The notes under the pieces are model-generated. The model saw nothing but the letters and a program-made list of their open reading frames with translations, made no database searches and was not told where the DNA came from. From NCBI GenBank assembly GCA_020137815.1, contig CM035353.1:6510001-6574000 (forward strand): 64,000 nt of DNA, written 5' to 3'. The translations under genes were made by a program, and so were the position numbers. The stretch comes from Hormiphora californensis (taxonomy: Eukaryota > Animalia > Ctenophora). Positions 23,462-34,413 of the stretch are shown here, piece by piece; within the stretch, counting starts at the first letter, position 1, and each line of letters begins with the position of its first letter.

Positions 23462-24295
23462 AGAAAGTCCCTCAAACCCGAAAAAAGGACCGTTTAGCGA
23501 GTTGAAAGATGTAAAAGACGGTATAAACAATATCATTATATTTTTTAAAAGGCACCCAAAGCTAAGGTGGGTGTCATGGCGAGAAAGATAGCGACGCGCA
23601 CGGATATATGGGCATTGAGCTGATGGCCTTTACGCCACTAAAAACTATGAAGTTCATTGCCCACTCATTAAGACAGCTGAACAACTTCCTGCACAACATG
23701 GAAGTCCGGACCCTGATTCAGTTGTGCGGTGATAAGGAGAAGGGCACCTTAGCGCAGGGGTAGTTGGCAATCATGCATGCCCCGGCATTCCAGGCCCATC
23801 TATCATTCCTGATAGGTTTAGTGGGAATTTTGGTGAACTTCTCCAAGGCTGGATCATTGCTATGTTCTGGTTGCACAGCTGAACTTATTGATGAATTATA
23901 GTTATAGTTATAACTATGAACTGTGTTTAGACTTTAGATCTTGGTACGCCAAATAATAAATCTTTCGTCTTTGCAAATAATATATTGCTTCATGCGTTTT
24001 TGCTTCGTACATCTTCTTTTTCAATTTTTATTTTTCTAACACCAAGCATCTTGCTATCTTTAACATTTTCATTTCATCTTGTTATGACACACATCTCTTT
24101 CTCTCTTGTTTTGTTTTCGGTTTCATCAGTCAATAATGCAGAGAATTATTCGATGTGTGTTCTGATTATTGTTCTGATTATTAGGTCCTGACAAAAATAA
24201 TTTCATTATGTTATGGTGAGTTTGAAGGGAAGGAGACATATCTCTTGCTGGTGGTGTATTTAGTATTTAGTTCGTTTGTATGTGTGGATTAGGTG

Positions 24296-24301
24296 GCTAT
24301 A

Positions 24302-24366
<65 letters not shown>

Positions 24367-24712
24367 ATACTTCTCTCATAATATCTCCTTATATCTCGTC
24401 TCGCGTAGTTGCAAATTCCTGAGACAGAGAAAAGGGGGAGAAATACAGAGAGAGAAGGATCACACAGTTAGGACTACTACTCAGAAGTGGATCTCGGGGC
24501 AGCAACTAGGACATGTACAAAATATACCCACCGGTGGGTAAATGTCCTAGTTGCTGCCCCGAGATCCACTTCTGAGTAGTAGTCCTAACTGTGTGATCCT
24601 TCTCTCTCTGTATTTCTCCCCCTTTTCTCTGTCTCAGGAATTTGCAACTACGCGAGACGAGATATAAGGAGATATTATGAGAGAAGTATTAGGGAGAGAG
24701 AGAGAGTATAGC
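24296..24712. repeat. Locally generated palindrome (inverted duplication)
   Basis: 24296-24532 is the reverse complement of 24533-24712 apart from a short deletion and (CT)n length; centre TACCCACC|GGTGGGTA. Confidence 0.9.
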
Positions 24713-25187
24713 TGGTTATACTAGTGCGAGAGAGAGAGGTAAGATTGTTATGTAACTATTTATTCACACTGGCGCATTAGAAAGCGGGGAGTCCCTCAAA
24801 CCCGAAAAAAGGGCTGTTTAGTGAGTTGAAAGATGTAAAAGACGGTATAAACAATTGTATTATATTTTTTAAAAGGCACCCAAAGGTGGGTGTCATGGCG
24901 AGAAAGATAGCGACGGATATGAGCATTGAGCTGATGACCTTTACGCCACTAAAAACTATGAAGTTCATTGCCCACTCATTAAGACAGCTGCACAACTCCA
25001 TCATGCAGGCTCCATCATTCCAGGCCCATCTATCGTTCCTGGTAGATTTAGTGGGAATTTTGGTGGACTTCTCCAAGGCGTTTCAGCGGCCAGCCCTACG
25101 GACAGCCTAGGGACATCATACCTGATGTCCCTAGTGGTTAGTAAGTCCCTCCCCCCTGGCCACAGGTGAGGTAATTGTTATGTCGTC

Positions 25188-25205
25188 AAAATCGGGGTCC
25201 GACTG
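25188..25205 (-). mobile_element. Orphan CAGTCGGACCCC terminus (another at 50677-50688)
   Basis: ATCGGGGTCCGACTG|TA, same terminus as at 5944. Confidence 0.6.
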
Positions 25206-26414
25206 TATAGTGGGCCGCATTGTCGCGTATAAAATATGTGAAAATATGGTTGCACGTGTGTTGTATCATGTTATATATACATATATATATCGCGAATAAT
25301 ACTAAAGAATTATCGTGTGTTCTGATTATTAGCTCCTGAAAGAAATAATTTCATTATGTTATGGTGAGTTTGAATGCTCATTGATACGCCCGAGCTTATA
25401 ATGTGATGTAATCGATAGATAGAGAATTTGGTTCTCATGTGTTGGCAAAATGGAGAGGGAGTGGGAAACCAGGACCACTCGAAGAAGTTTCCTCCACGGG
25501 TGGTGGAAGCCGGATACGAGCCCGGCGCGAATTTTCCTTTAGGGTGAGCATTCCAGGCCCATCTATCATTCCTGGTAGGTTTAGTGGGAATTTTGGTGGA
25601 CTTCTCCAAGGCGTTTCAGCGGCCAGCCCTACGGCTGGATCAGTACTATGTTCTGGTTGAACAAGCTGAACTTAGTTTTTGGGGCACTGGACATGAGGAA
25701 CCCTGATATTACTGATGCTTGGTTCCCTGGGTACCAGGAAGCGATCGAAGACCCACCCCCGCTAGTCCAATCCAGGAGGGGAAATGATACTGACATGGAA
25801 CAAGTGGTCCGCCTCCACATGAAGTTCCTGGAACACCTGAAAAAGGGGGTAAAGGCATATTGGTGGGACCACAGCTATCACCGGAAGAAGAACACCGACC
25901 TGGTGAAGGCGTGTGCGGGCGTTCTACTGGAGATGAGGGGTGAGCCCATCACCATTTTCAACCGACCCGGAAACCCCCCTAGCATCCTCCCATGCAGCGT
26001 GGAAACCCCCTATTTTGACGCCAACATCCTAGGATCGAGAGGCATTAAAATATCTCGAAAGTGTTCCGACTTTCCGACCGGGACCATATGTTACCCCCGT
26101 CCCAGCAACAGCGATTGTTACTGCTACGATGTGGCATTTTGTACGATACAAAATGACCCTGGAAAGGGTCCAAGCAATACTTTGCGACGGTGAAAAACCG
26201 AATACTGGCGGAAAGGTACTAATTCTTCTCACTATTCGATATTAATCATAATTCATAATGTTTTTAAAATTTTTGATAGAGTACCCGTATTTCGGGAACC
26301 CGTGACCCACAAAATGCAGAAAACACGGATTTGATAACTATATAAAGCGTACATTTTACTTCTACATTTTTCAATCGTTCGTGATTTTAATAATAAATAA
26401 CTCATAACAGGAAT

Positions 26415-26660
26415 TTGCTTACTGACTTTGAAGTGGATGAGGCGCTATTGTGCAAGAGAAAGTGCAACAGGGGAAGGCTGCAGGGTAACTGGGTTATTGG
26501 GCAAATAGAGCGCTCAACCGTTACAGTACGGTATCGTGCAGTGGAAAATAGGGACAAATGGACACAGCTGAAGTTGGTTAAGGACTATGTTAAAAATGGA
26601 TCATCAATTTTGTCAGATGAATGGGGAGGGTATGTCAATCTGAAACCCCGTGGGTTCACT
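26415..26660 (+). pseudogene. Merlin / ISXO2-like (IS1595 family) DDE transposase fragment
   Basis: EVDEALLCKRKCNRGR...WVIGQIER...VENRD...YVKNGSSILSDEWGGYVNL matches the EIDE...KRKYNRGR...WVFG.ER...GS.I.SD.W..Y signature; C-terminal catalytic E region missing. Confidence 0.88.
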
Positions 26661-27169
26661 GGCGGTGAGGCACCGCACTGTAAGTTAAACGTGTGTAGTC
26701 TACCGGCGGTGTATTTCCCATACAAATACAAATACAATTATAATTTATATCCCGCTTTTGGGCCTATGCATTGTTAGTGCTAGGAGGACGCCGTTTCAAT
26801 CAGTCGATTGAAGCAACGCACCCACCACTAACAAGCCTTCTAAAGCGTCTTGCGTTTCAATAGTTGTTAAACTTTACAGCCTTCCCTCTAAAACACAAGA
26901 AATTAGCGAGTAAAAGCTGTTTCTCTATCAGGTACGAACATGTCCGCCCCCGATATCCACTGCCTTAAGACTGGCTGAACTAACCATTGGACGCAGCATA
27001 CCACTTGTATTGACGAGTAAGAAAAACTCAGACATGCTGAGATTAACCGAACCATATGCTCTGGACTAATTTATTGACAATTTTTGTATTTCGTTTTTAA
27101 TGTTTTTGGTGATATGTTACGAAGTTGCTCCAGTCGTTGCGAGCAATATATGTAATAAAATTCACTAAC

Positions 27170-27970
27170 TCCAACACCGATTGGCATCACTTTCCAACAG
27201 CCGAAGAGAAGCTGCCGAAGAGAGAAAGGGGGTAAAATATGTAATGACTTTTGATACAAGGACTGTAACCATTTGAGGAAGTGCTTAAGCTAGTGCGTTG
27301 GCATTTTTCCATGTTAAATTTTGTCACTGTTGAGTGGGATATTATATGCATAAATTACATTACATTAGACATCAGTGATCAGGCCTCACGAGGCACTGAA
27401 ACAGCTGAAAACGCCTCATGAGACAACGGACACGTTGGCAAACGTTTACGGGCGCCGTTACGATCTGGGTGTTTGGAGGCCTGTTTACAGGTGCGCGCTG
27501 CCAAAAAAGTTGATTCACTAAAATGGCTCTAACCGCCAAACCACTCAACCGTTTTGGCTGATTCAAAGTTTATCTGGTAGGGAATGTCAAGGCCTAACCC
27601 CAACCCAAACCCCAACCCTAACCCTAACCATACTTTAGCCCTAACCCTAAAAAACCGTTTGTCAGCACTCCCAAAACACCCAGATTTTAACGCTGGCCAA
27701 CGTTTACCGAAAACTTTCTTTCACTAACCCCAACACCGATTGGCATCACTTTCCAAGAGCCGAAGAGAAGCTGCCGAAGAGAGAAAGGGGGTAACCGTAT
27801 GAAGAGTTAATCGCGATGAGTCTCATTCACATTGGGTTCGATCATTTGCCCCTTGGCATACGTTGCAGGCCCCTTATAATATCGTTGCGGGGGTGCGCGC
27901 ATGAGGGGGCTGCAGCGCATTCCAAATTTGCCCCCGGTGTTTGTTGGGGTTAGTGAAAGAAAGTTTTCGA
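27170..27970. mobile_element. Degraded repetitive element with internal direct and inverted repeats and telomere-like CCCTAA units
   Basis: About 65-bp direct repeat 27172-27236 / 27730-27794; inverted pair 27708-27735 / 27942-27970; degenerate (CCCTAA)n at 27593-27650. Confidence 0.5.
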
Positions 27971-28809
27971 AAACTTTCTCGATTTTTTCTTCTTTCAGAA
28001 CCGCTAAACCGCGCACCGCGCCGGGGTTTGAGTTCAAATACACCGAAAGCGGCGAAACATTAGGTACAAAACGATGCAATTGAGCGCGGCGTTAAGTAGA
28101 AAAACAGAAATAAAATATGGACAAAAATGTAAAAAATGCAAAAAAAATGGTCATTTTTTCGTTTTTCGTTTTTTTTTCCGACTGCTAAAAACTGTACTCA
28201 TTTCCATCAGGGGGTTCAGGGGGAATAAATGGACTCGGTTTTGTAGTTTAACCAATGACATTAATCTAATCTAATTTATTAATCTTATTATATGTACTGA
28301 TTACCTTGATTCTTATTCCGTTTTAATTGGACCGGCAACCCCGGCTTTCTTACTTTTTTTTCCGACCCGACGTTTACTTTTAAATGTGCTTCCTTGTCCC
28401 ACACAGTGCACTATGTGAGGATCTGTACCTTATCTGAAGCTTATGCCAAGCTTATGCCAAGTCGTGGGCGGTTTTGCTATCATATTTTGTTCCACTTAAA
28501 ATAACTCGTCAGTTTACAGCTCCAATTCTAATTCGCCTGGACTCACGAAATGTTCCTCTGAGGATGGCACTATGATCACATCCTGCAGATGAGGGTGTCG
28601 TACATGGCATTGCCTATTTGGGGGGAGCCATTTGAATTTGATTTTGGTCCCCCGTCATTGCCCCTGATCTCCATTGTTATGGCTGTAATTGATAATTCCA
28701 AGCATTTCAAGTTTAGTTTACAAGTTTACAATAAAAGTTTTAGTGTACACAACAGGCCTTTCAGAGTACTTTTTATCAATCATCATACATAATTATCACT
28801 AAATTTAAA

Positions 28810-29110
28810 TTACTGGTAACTGTGATTTCGGATAACACCCATGTGGCATGTTCTTAGCAGGTTGATCTCGGCAGCCTCACTTTCCTTTACGAGCTTGGGG
28901 AAGTTGTCTTTCTCCTTTTCCAGTGCTTGCGCGTTCTTGAAATGTTTTGAGGTCAGAATGTGTTTTCTTAAATTTAAAACACCGTCTTGTTCCATCTGTT
29001 ATTCTTCATCGTCTTCCCGTCTTTCTCGATCAGGATGTCACCCGGTATTTTCCAACCCGATTTGTCCACTGAGCTGCATAGTGTGTTTCGGCTTTGTTCT
29101 GTACCATGCA
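28810..29110 (-). pseudogene. N-terminal zinc-finger region of a hAT-like transposase (inverted copy at 63720-63975)
   Basis: C..C (CTRCSS in the 63.7-kb copy) ... GVLNLRKHILTSKH ... AAEINLL...RNHSY; stops and frameshifts. Confidence 0.5.
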
Positions 29111-29404
29111 TGAAGGGGTATATAGCGGTCACAGCTGTTGTAGTCACTTAAGCTATCTTTGGGAGCTCGCGGGGGGGGGGGGGAGTTACTGTCGTTTTGG
29201 CTGGCAGCGGCTTCAAGCTTGGCTAAGCTATCCTCGATCATATCGATCTTCCTCTTGACTCCTGTGTTTCACATTATGTTAATTCCTAGCAAGTAGTAGA
29301 ACAGATCACGCAAAAAGGAGAAGCCTGTGAGGTCCGCAAATATACTTACATTAATTGTTGTCAGTTGAAGGATTTACGGTAGACATGCAACAATTTCATC
29401 TGGG

Positions 29405-29745
29405 TTATCTCCAGATCTCCCTCACCGCCTTTGAGAACTGAGACATGCAGTATGGGCTCGTGTGGTCCTTCACCTGGTAGGAACGTTCCCACAGCGCTCG
29501 AAAGTGAGCTGTTTCTACCGCCTGCTCAGAGTATTGTCCAAGGGGTGTTCCAGTGTGCTCGATGAAGGGGGTAATGTGGTAAAATATTGTGTGCAGCTTT
29601 GTTGTTTCCGTTACCCCGAACAAATCATGTAGTACTTTGAAGCTGTCCCTAATCTTGTCTATTATTGAGGCATAATCGGAGTTGAGGGTAAACCCAAAGC
29701 ACGCCTCTACCACATCTTTGAAATCCCGTAGACAGTTTAAACAAA
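29405..29745 (-). pseudogene. Chapaev/Transib-related DDE transposase C-terminal fragment
   Basis: TTKLHTIFYHITPFIEHTGTPLGQYSEQAVETAH: H-x4-H followed by G..SEQ..E..H catalytic Glu motif. Confidence 0.7.
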
Positions 29746-29850
29746 TGGCTAACTGCGTTTCCCTCCAGCTGATTTCCACTATGGTATGGCTCATTGCTGA
29801 TGTTGATTGATTTTAGGAAAGGATAGAGGCCAGGCCACCGAGCCCCTAGT

Positions 29851-30186
29851 AATCATCTTTTTTGATTTTTTTTATCTTTTTTGATTTTTTTTGATATTTT
29901 TTTATTTTTTTTGATCGTTTTTGATTTTTTTAAATTTATTTTGATCGTTTTTTATTTTATTTGATCGTTTTTTATTTTTTTTGAACTTTTTTGTTCAACA
30001 TTAAACAATTAAAAAAAATCAAAAACGATCAAAAAAATTAAAAAACGATCAAAAAAATTCAAAAAAAATCAAAAACGATCAAAAAAATCAAAAAAGATCA
30101 AAAAAATCAAAAACGACCAAAAAAAATCAAAAACGACCAAAAAAATCAAAGAAATTTCAACCAAAAAAAAACCAACCATACCCTGG
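29851..30186 (-). mobile_element. Partial copy of the low-complexity element seen at 1799-1825 / 4924-5150
   Basis: Reverse complement of CCAGGGTATGGTTGGTTTTTTTTGGT plus TTTTTGGTCGTTTTTGA arrays and shared AATGTTGAACAAAAAAGTTCAAAAAA. Confidence 0.75.
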
Positions 30187-30189
30187 TAG

Positions 30190-30565
30190 GTCTCCATGAC
30201 CTGCTGCTTCAGAAATCAGAATGGGTACTCTAAAATGTCTGCTGGGTAGATAATGCCGAGTCTGACTAGGCTCGATATCCTCTGGGTTCCTCTGGCCATT
30301 AAGAACCATATTGGCATCGAAGTGGTTCATACTGTAAGTGGGATCTTTCTCCAGGATTTCTCGCATAGATTTAAACCACGGGAGTCCTAGGTTCTTCTGT
30401 TCGTGGTAGGATGCATTAACGAAGGATGCTGGGTCCATACGCTTGATTCTGTAAAGGAATCGCAGAGAGAGATCAATTGCGTCTAAGCTAAGAGGAGTTG
30501 AAGCCGTGTCTTCCCAAATCGCTGCATTTTGTGTCTTTTTATTGACTCCGAGGCTTTTCCTTTCT
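30190..30565 (-). pseudogene. Non-LTR retrotransposon ORF2 fragment downstream of the RT domain
   Basis: KSLGVNKKTQNAAIWEDTASTPL...LRFLYRI...W resembles the LGV.K.T.N.A..G..G..PL motif of LINE ORF2. Confidence 0.6.
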
Positions 30566-31294
30566 GTAATTCTTATTAAATGCATAATTTAACAAGTCTT
30601 TATACTTCATGCATGGATACACCCTTTTAATCACCGAAAATATCTGTAGGGTTCTGCCTGTTCATCTTGTAATAACGTGACTTTGTATTCTTCCAAAGGT
30701 TTTTAACCTTCTTCACGTCTGTATTTTCCACAGTTGCCACAGACTGATACGCCACCATTCTGCCCTTGCTTTCCTTTGTTCCGGTCCCAGTTAGGAGTAG
30801 TGCCCTAAACTTTCTGCACTGCTTCAGTAGGGTGATGAATTTCTGTCTCTGGACCTTCTTTTCCCAATTATCAAAGAAGGACTTCGCGTACCACACTCTT
30901 TCGATCCGTTCATAAACTGTCAGTGTATGGTCCAACTTATCCTCATGGTCAGGGAGGATGGAAAACACGCATCTACGACAGATTTTAATGCTATTAGACA
31001 GTCGACAATTTCCAGCCATGTCGATTTCTTAATCTCCAATTTCAACGCAAGTCGCTCCGATTCAAGGGCCACACTTTCGGCAGCAAGATGTGTGATCATG
31101 TCTATGGTAGGCTGGTGGGAGTATACCATTTGTCAGGAACAGATTATGATCCACTGTTGTACCAACAGCGTCAACAGCGGCACAGTATCTCTTGATGGTG
31201 TCAGATGTGTTGGATACAGTGGTCATCTTGGTCGACACTCGACAATGACCTTGCAGCTGTCAGGACAAGCAAGTTTGAGGGCAGCTGTGATCCT

Positions 31295-31535
31295 AGGTTG
31301 GAGCAACTTCTCCACTTAATTTCATTAAGCAGAAACCCGTTCTGATAATTTTTCAAGGCAAGGCCGTCCTTCTGGAAGAAGTTTTCAAGCCCACTTTTCC
31401 TTTATCACAAGGTAATATGCAAATTGTTCTAGCCATAAATGCCCATGCATGTTGCTCAGTGATTGTCGCGAAACCGGATTTGCTGGGGCACGATGGGTTC
31501 CTTCTAACGAGCATCCGGGAACGGCACTGTTCATG
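31295..31535 (-). pseudogene. THAP-domain-like fragment (inverted copy of 58608-59310)
   Basis: AVPGCSLEGTHRAPANPVSR...W...MKLSGEVAPT. Confidence 0.4.
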
Positions 31536-33477
31536 TTTAGCTAGCTGCAGGTAATGGTAATTGAATTTCTGTTTATATATATTATGTATCCAAAATGTTA
31601 ATTAACAAATCATTATTTCAACATATCAGCAGGTACAACTATATACTGTAAATTGTCTAGTTGTAGTATGGCCATGGGCATAGATACAAATTCAGTCATT
31701 TTATTCTCCTCTCAACACTGGTACAATTTCCAACATGAACAACTGAACATATCGCTCCAGTTTCTGTACATAGCAGGGTTCACTGGTATGTCAGCAGTGT
31801 AATATCCATGACCAAACTGTCAGGGTAAGGGATGTCTTGCCAAATAAGTGAAGAACACCCTGAATCCTATCGTACAGCCGGTGATTTCAACCCCCCGCAG
31901 TCCCTGGATAGTCATGTCCTCCTGTCCCCCAGTCCACCTCATTTTGAGTGCTGGGGATTATTATATGCAGTAAAAAGTAAACAGGGATGGGGTTTTTTCC
32001 TAATCCGGTAAAGTGTTGCATACTTGCCTGCTTTACTCAGACATTATAAAACTATGTTTACATGCCAAATTTAAATTTGTTGGGCTTTTTATAACATACC
32101 ATTGAATGTCTGTATTTGGGATGGCTGAGGAGGTGTAATGGCAGTGGGCTGGGTTGTCATATCTGGTACCCCCACCGTATATACCATGTAAATCAGTGTT
32201 TTACCGATTACCATTTCGTGGAGCGATATATCGTTTCAGTGTGTAGGCTGGTTTGCCGATAAATTCTTATCATGTACGTTTCATCCTAATATTCTTACCT
32301 GTCTGTACCATGGTCTAACCACCTGGAAGTGGGCTAACATTTAACTGAGAAAGCTGTTAGAACTTAATGAAGTAATATGGTTTAAATAAGGATACGCATC
32401 ATTTTGTAACAAAACCCTAAATCAACATCCCCTCTTCCACACATATATTACTTACATATTTTCGAGAGTGGTGTCAATGAGATATCCATCCCGGGTTAGC
32501 TTGACATGATTGGATTTATTCTTTAGATAATCCATTTCTGTACTGTATCTTGGGTATCACGCTAGTTATCCCCCTAGATAACCCGGTCTATACTTGTCCT
32601 GTTTCTGAACCCCCAGTAGCCGTGTCCTGTAAATAGTGTTATACTGATTTAAATAGGGTCTGCAGGAATGCTTGATGCTCGGCTAGCAGTCCTTGTAACA
32701 GATTCGGGGCCGTCTCAAATATATATCTAAAGTAATAGGAAATAATATACAATCATACACTAAATATAAAGTATATTGAGAAAATCTAATTTAGTTGGCT
32801 AGATAGTTGGCCCTCAATTCCTCACCGGTATTGTACACGAGGATGCACACTATCGAACTATTGGTACACTGTTAGCACTAACTTCGAAAGTTTTTTCTTC
32901 TCTAGTTCAGTTTCACTATTAACCAGGAAATATTTTATTTAAACTAATGAGAAGCCACGGCCTCTCTCCCTGAGGTCATTTTTTAATACAGTCAAAGGCT
33001 TGGTTTGATTTCTTGATCACGAATTGTTTACCTTCTAATAGTATCTTACAATCTGGAAGCCAGGAGACAAGAAAGTATTTTCCCTTTGATTGCTCTCTGG
33101 AATTTCGATTCACACTTCGATTATGGTACCCAAGTAGTGTTGTATCTGCATTCGGACACCCACTGTGATGTGATCAGTGATCACTGTATTTGACTTGGTT
33201 TTTACTTTTTTTCCATGATTCTCATTTCTCATTCAACGTATGGCTCAGATGCTGCCCTACTTTTAAATTGTCGTTTGCTAACCACACGGTTCAGAACACT
33301 TGCTGCTTGTAGTTCTCTTTCTCTCTATTCTATAAATAGGGGGAGGGCTCACTCCCACGTGCTTCCTGCATGTTGCCACATGTGTTGTGGCCCAACTTCT
33401 GTCCCACTTTGAGACAATTCACCTGCTGTAACGCGCGGGTCTATACTTTGTATTGGGAGGGCGCGCAGCCCGCATCA

Positions 33478-34413
33478 GGGTCATTCTCATAAAATTGACA
33501 CTTCGAGATGAGAGATTTTGGTCCTGCCTTTAGAGCATCTTAACATTGGTCAAGTTTGGTAATTTTGGTACCAGAATGTAGAAAAATGTCTAAATTAACG
33601 AAAAATGAACAGTATGGTACAATTATGTATCATAGGAATGAATAATGACGCATAATATGCTAAAAATGACCGATTTTCGGCGTGGACGTAATGACCATGA
33701 CGACCGTGACGCTCATAAAATCGCTCATAAAATCAGTTATGGTTGTCGTACGACGTAAAAATGGGTATCCAGCGGTAGCTCTCAAAGAGATCTGTCTGAT
33801 TGAGAAGTATGAAAGCATACTTGTAACTAATTTGGATTTAAATTGCTTTGATAGTGAAAAATGTAATGATTGTAACGACCGTGACATTCGACCGTAACGT
33901 AACGGTCGTTAAAAATGTAACGACCATCACGTTACGGTCGTTAAATTTGTAACGTCCATAACGTTATGGTCGCTACGAAAGTAACGACCATGACGTTATG
34001 GACGTTACAAAATTCAAGATGTAATGACCGTGACAGACCTTATAAGGTCATGAATTTGACTCCACCACAAAGTTATTTGCACAGACATTACACCTGTAAC
34101 GTCCGTAACGTTATGGACGTTACGAAATAACGACCATCACGTAACGGTCGTTAAATTTGTAACGACCATAGACGTTATGGTCATTACGACCACTTTACAT
34201 GCAATTGTAATTAAATTGCATTGTAACGTCCATCACGTAACGGTCGTTGCGTAACGTACGCGGCTTTAATTACTCATAATTATTTAATTATGCAATAATT
34301 ATGAAGTCCACGTATACAGAAATACTAAGTCCATTACGTGCTTTCAGATGATATAAGTTTTATCGAAATCGGACAAGTTTGAAATTTTGGTGTCAATTTC
34401 ATGAGAATGACCC
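33478..34413. mobile_element. MITE with GGG...CCC termini and 4-bp TSD, Sola2-like
   Basis: TIR GGGTCATTCTCAT.AAATTGACAC; TSD ATCA at 33474-33477 and 34414-34417; empty site in the inverted paralog (CCCACTGATGCGGGC, about 56530-56544); internal GTAACGACCAT/GTTACGGTCG array. Confidence 0.85.

Larger units (their letters stand above)
21636..24740 (+). repeat. Direct segmental duplication (21636-22360 versus 23937-24755) with indels and a local inversion
   Basis: Shared start GATCTTGGTACGCCAAATAATAAATC and shared downstream blocks. Confidence 0.85.
23470..25990 (+). pseudogene. Three overlapping fragments of a hAT-like transposase helical region (23470-23850, 24790-25100, 25548-25990)
   Basis: Repeated FQAHLSFLV.LVGILVDFSKAFQRPALRL, resembling the hAT FL.DL...L..LS..FQ motif; continues after a frameshift into ORF 25648-26193. 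Confidence 0.45.

Noticed and set aside
27593-27650. Telomere or telomere fusion site
   Set aside because: Only a few degenerate CCCTAA units embedded in a repetitive element.
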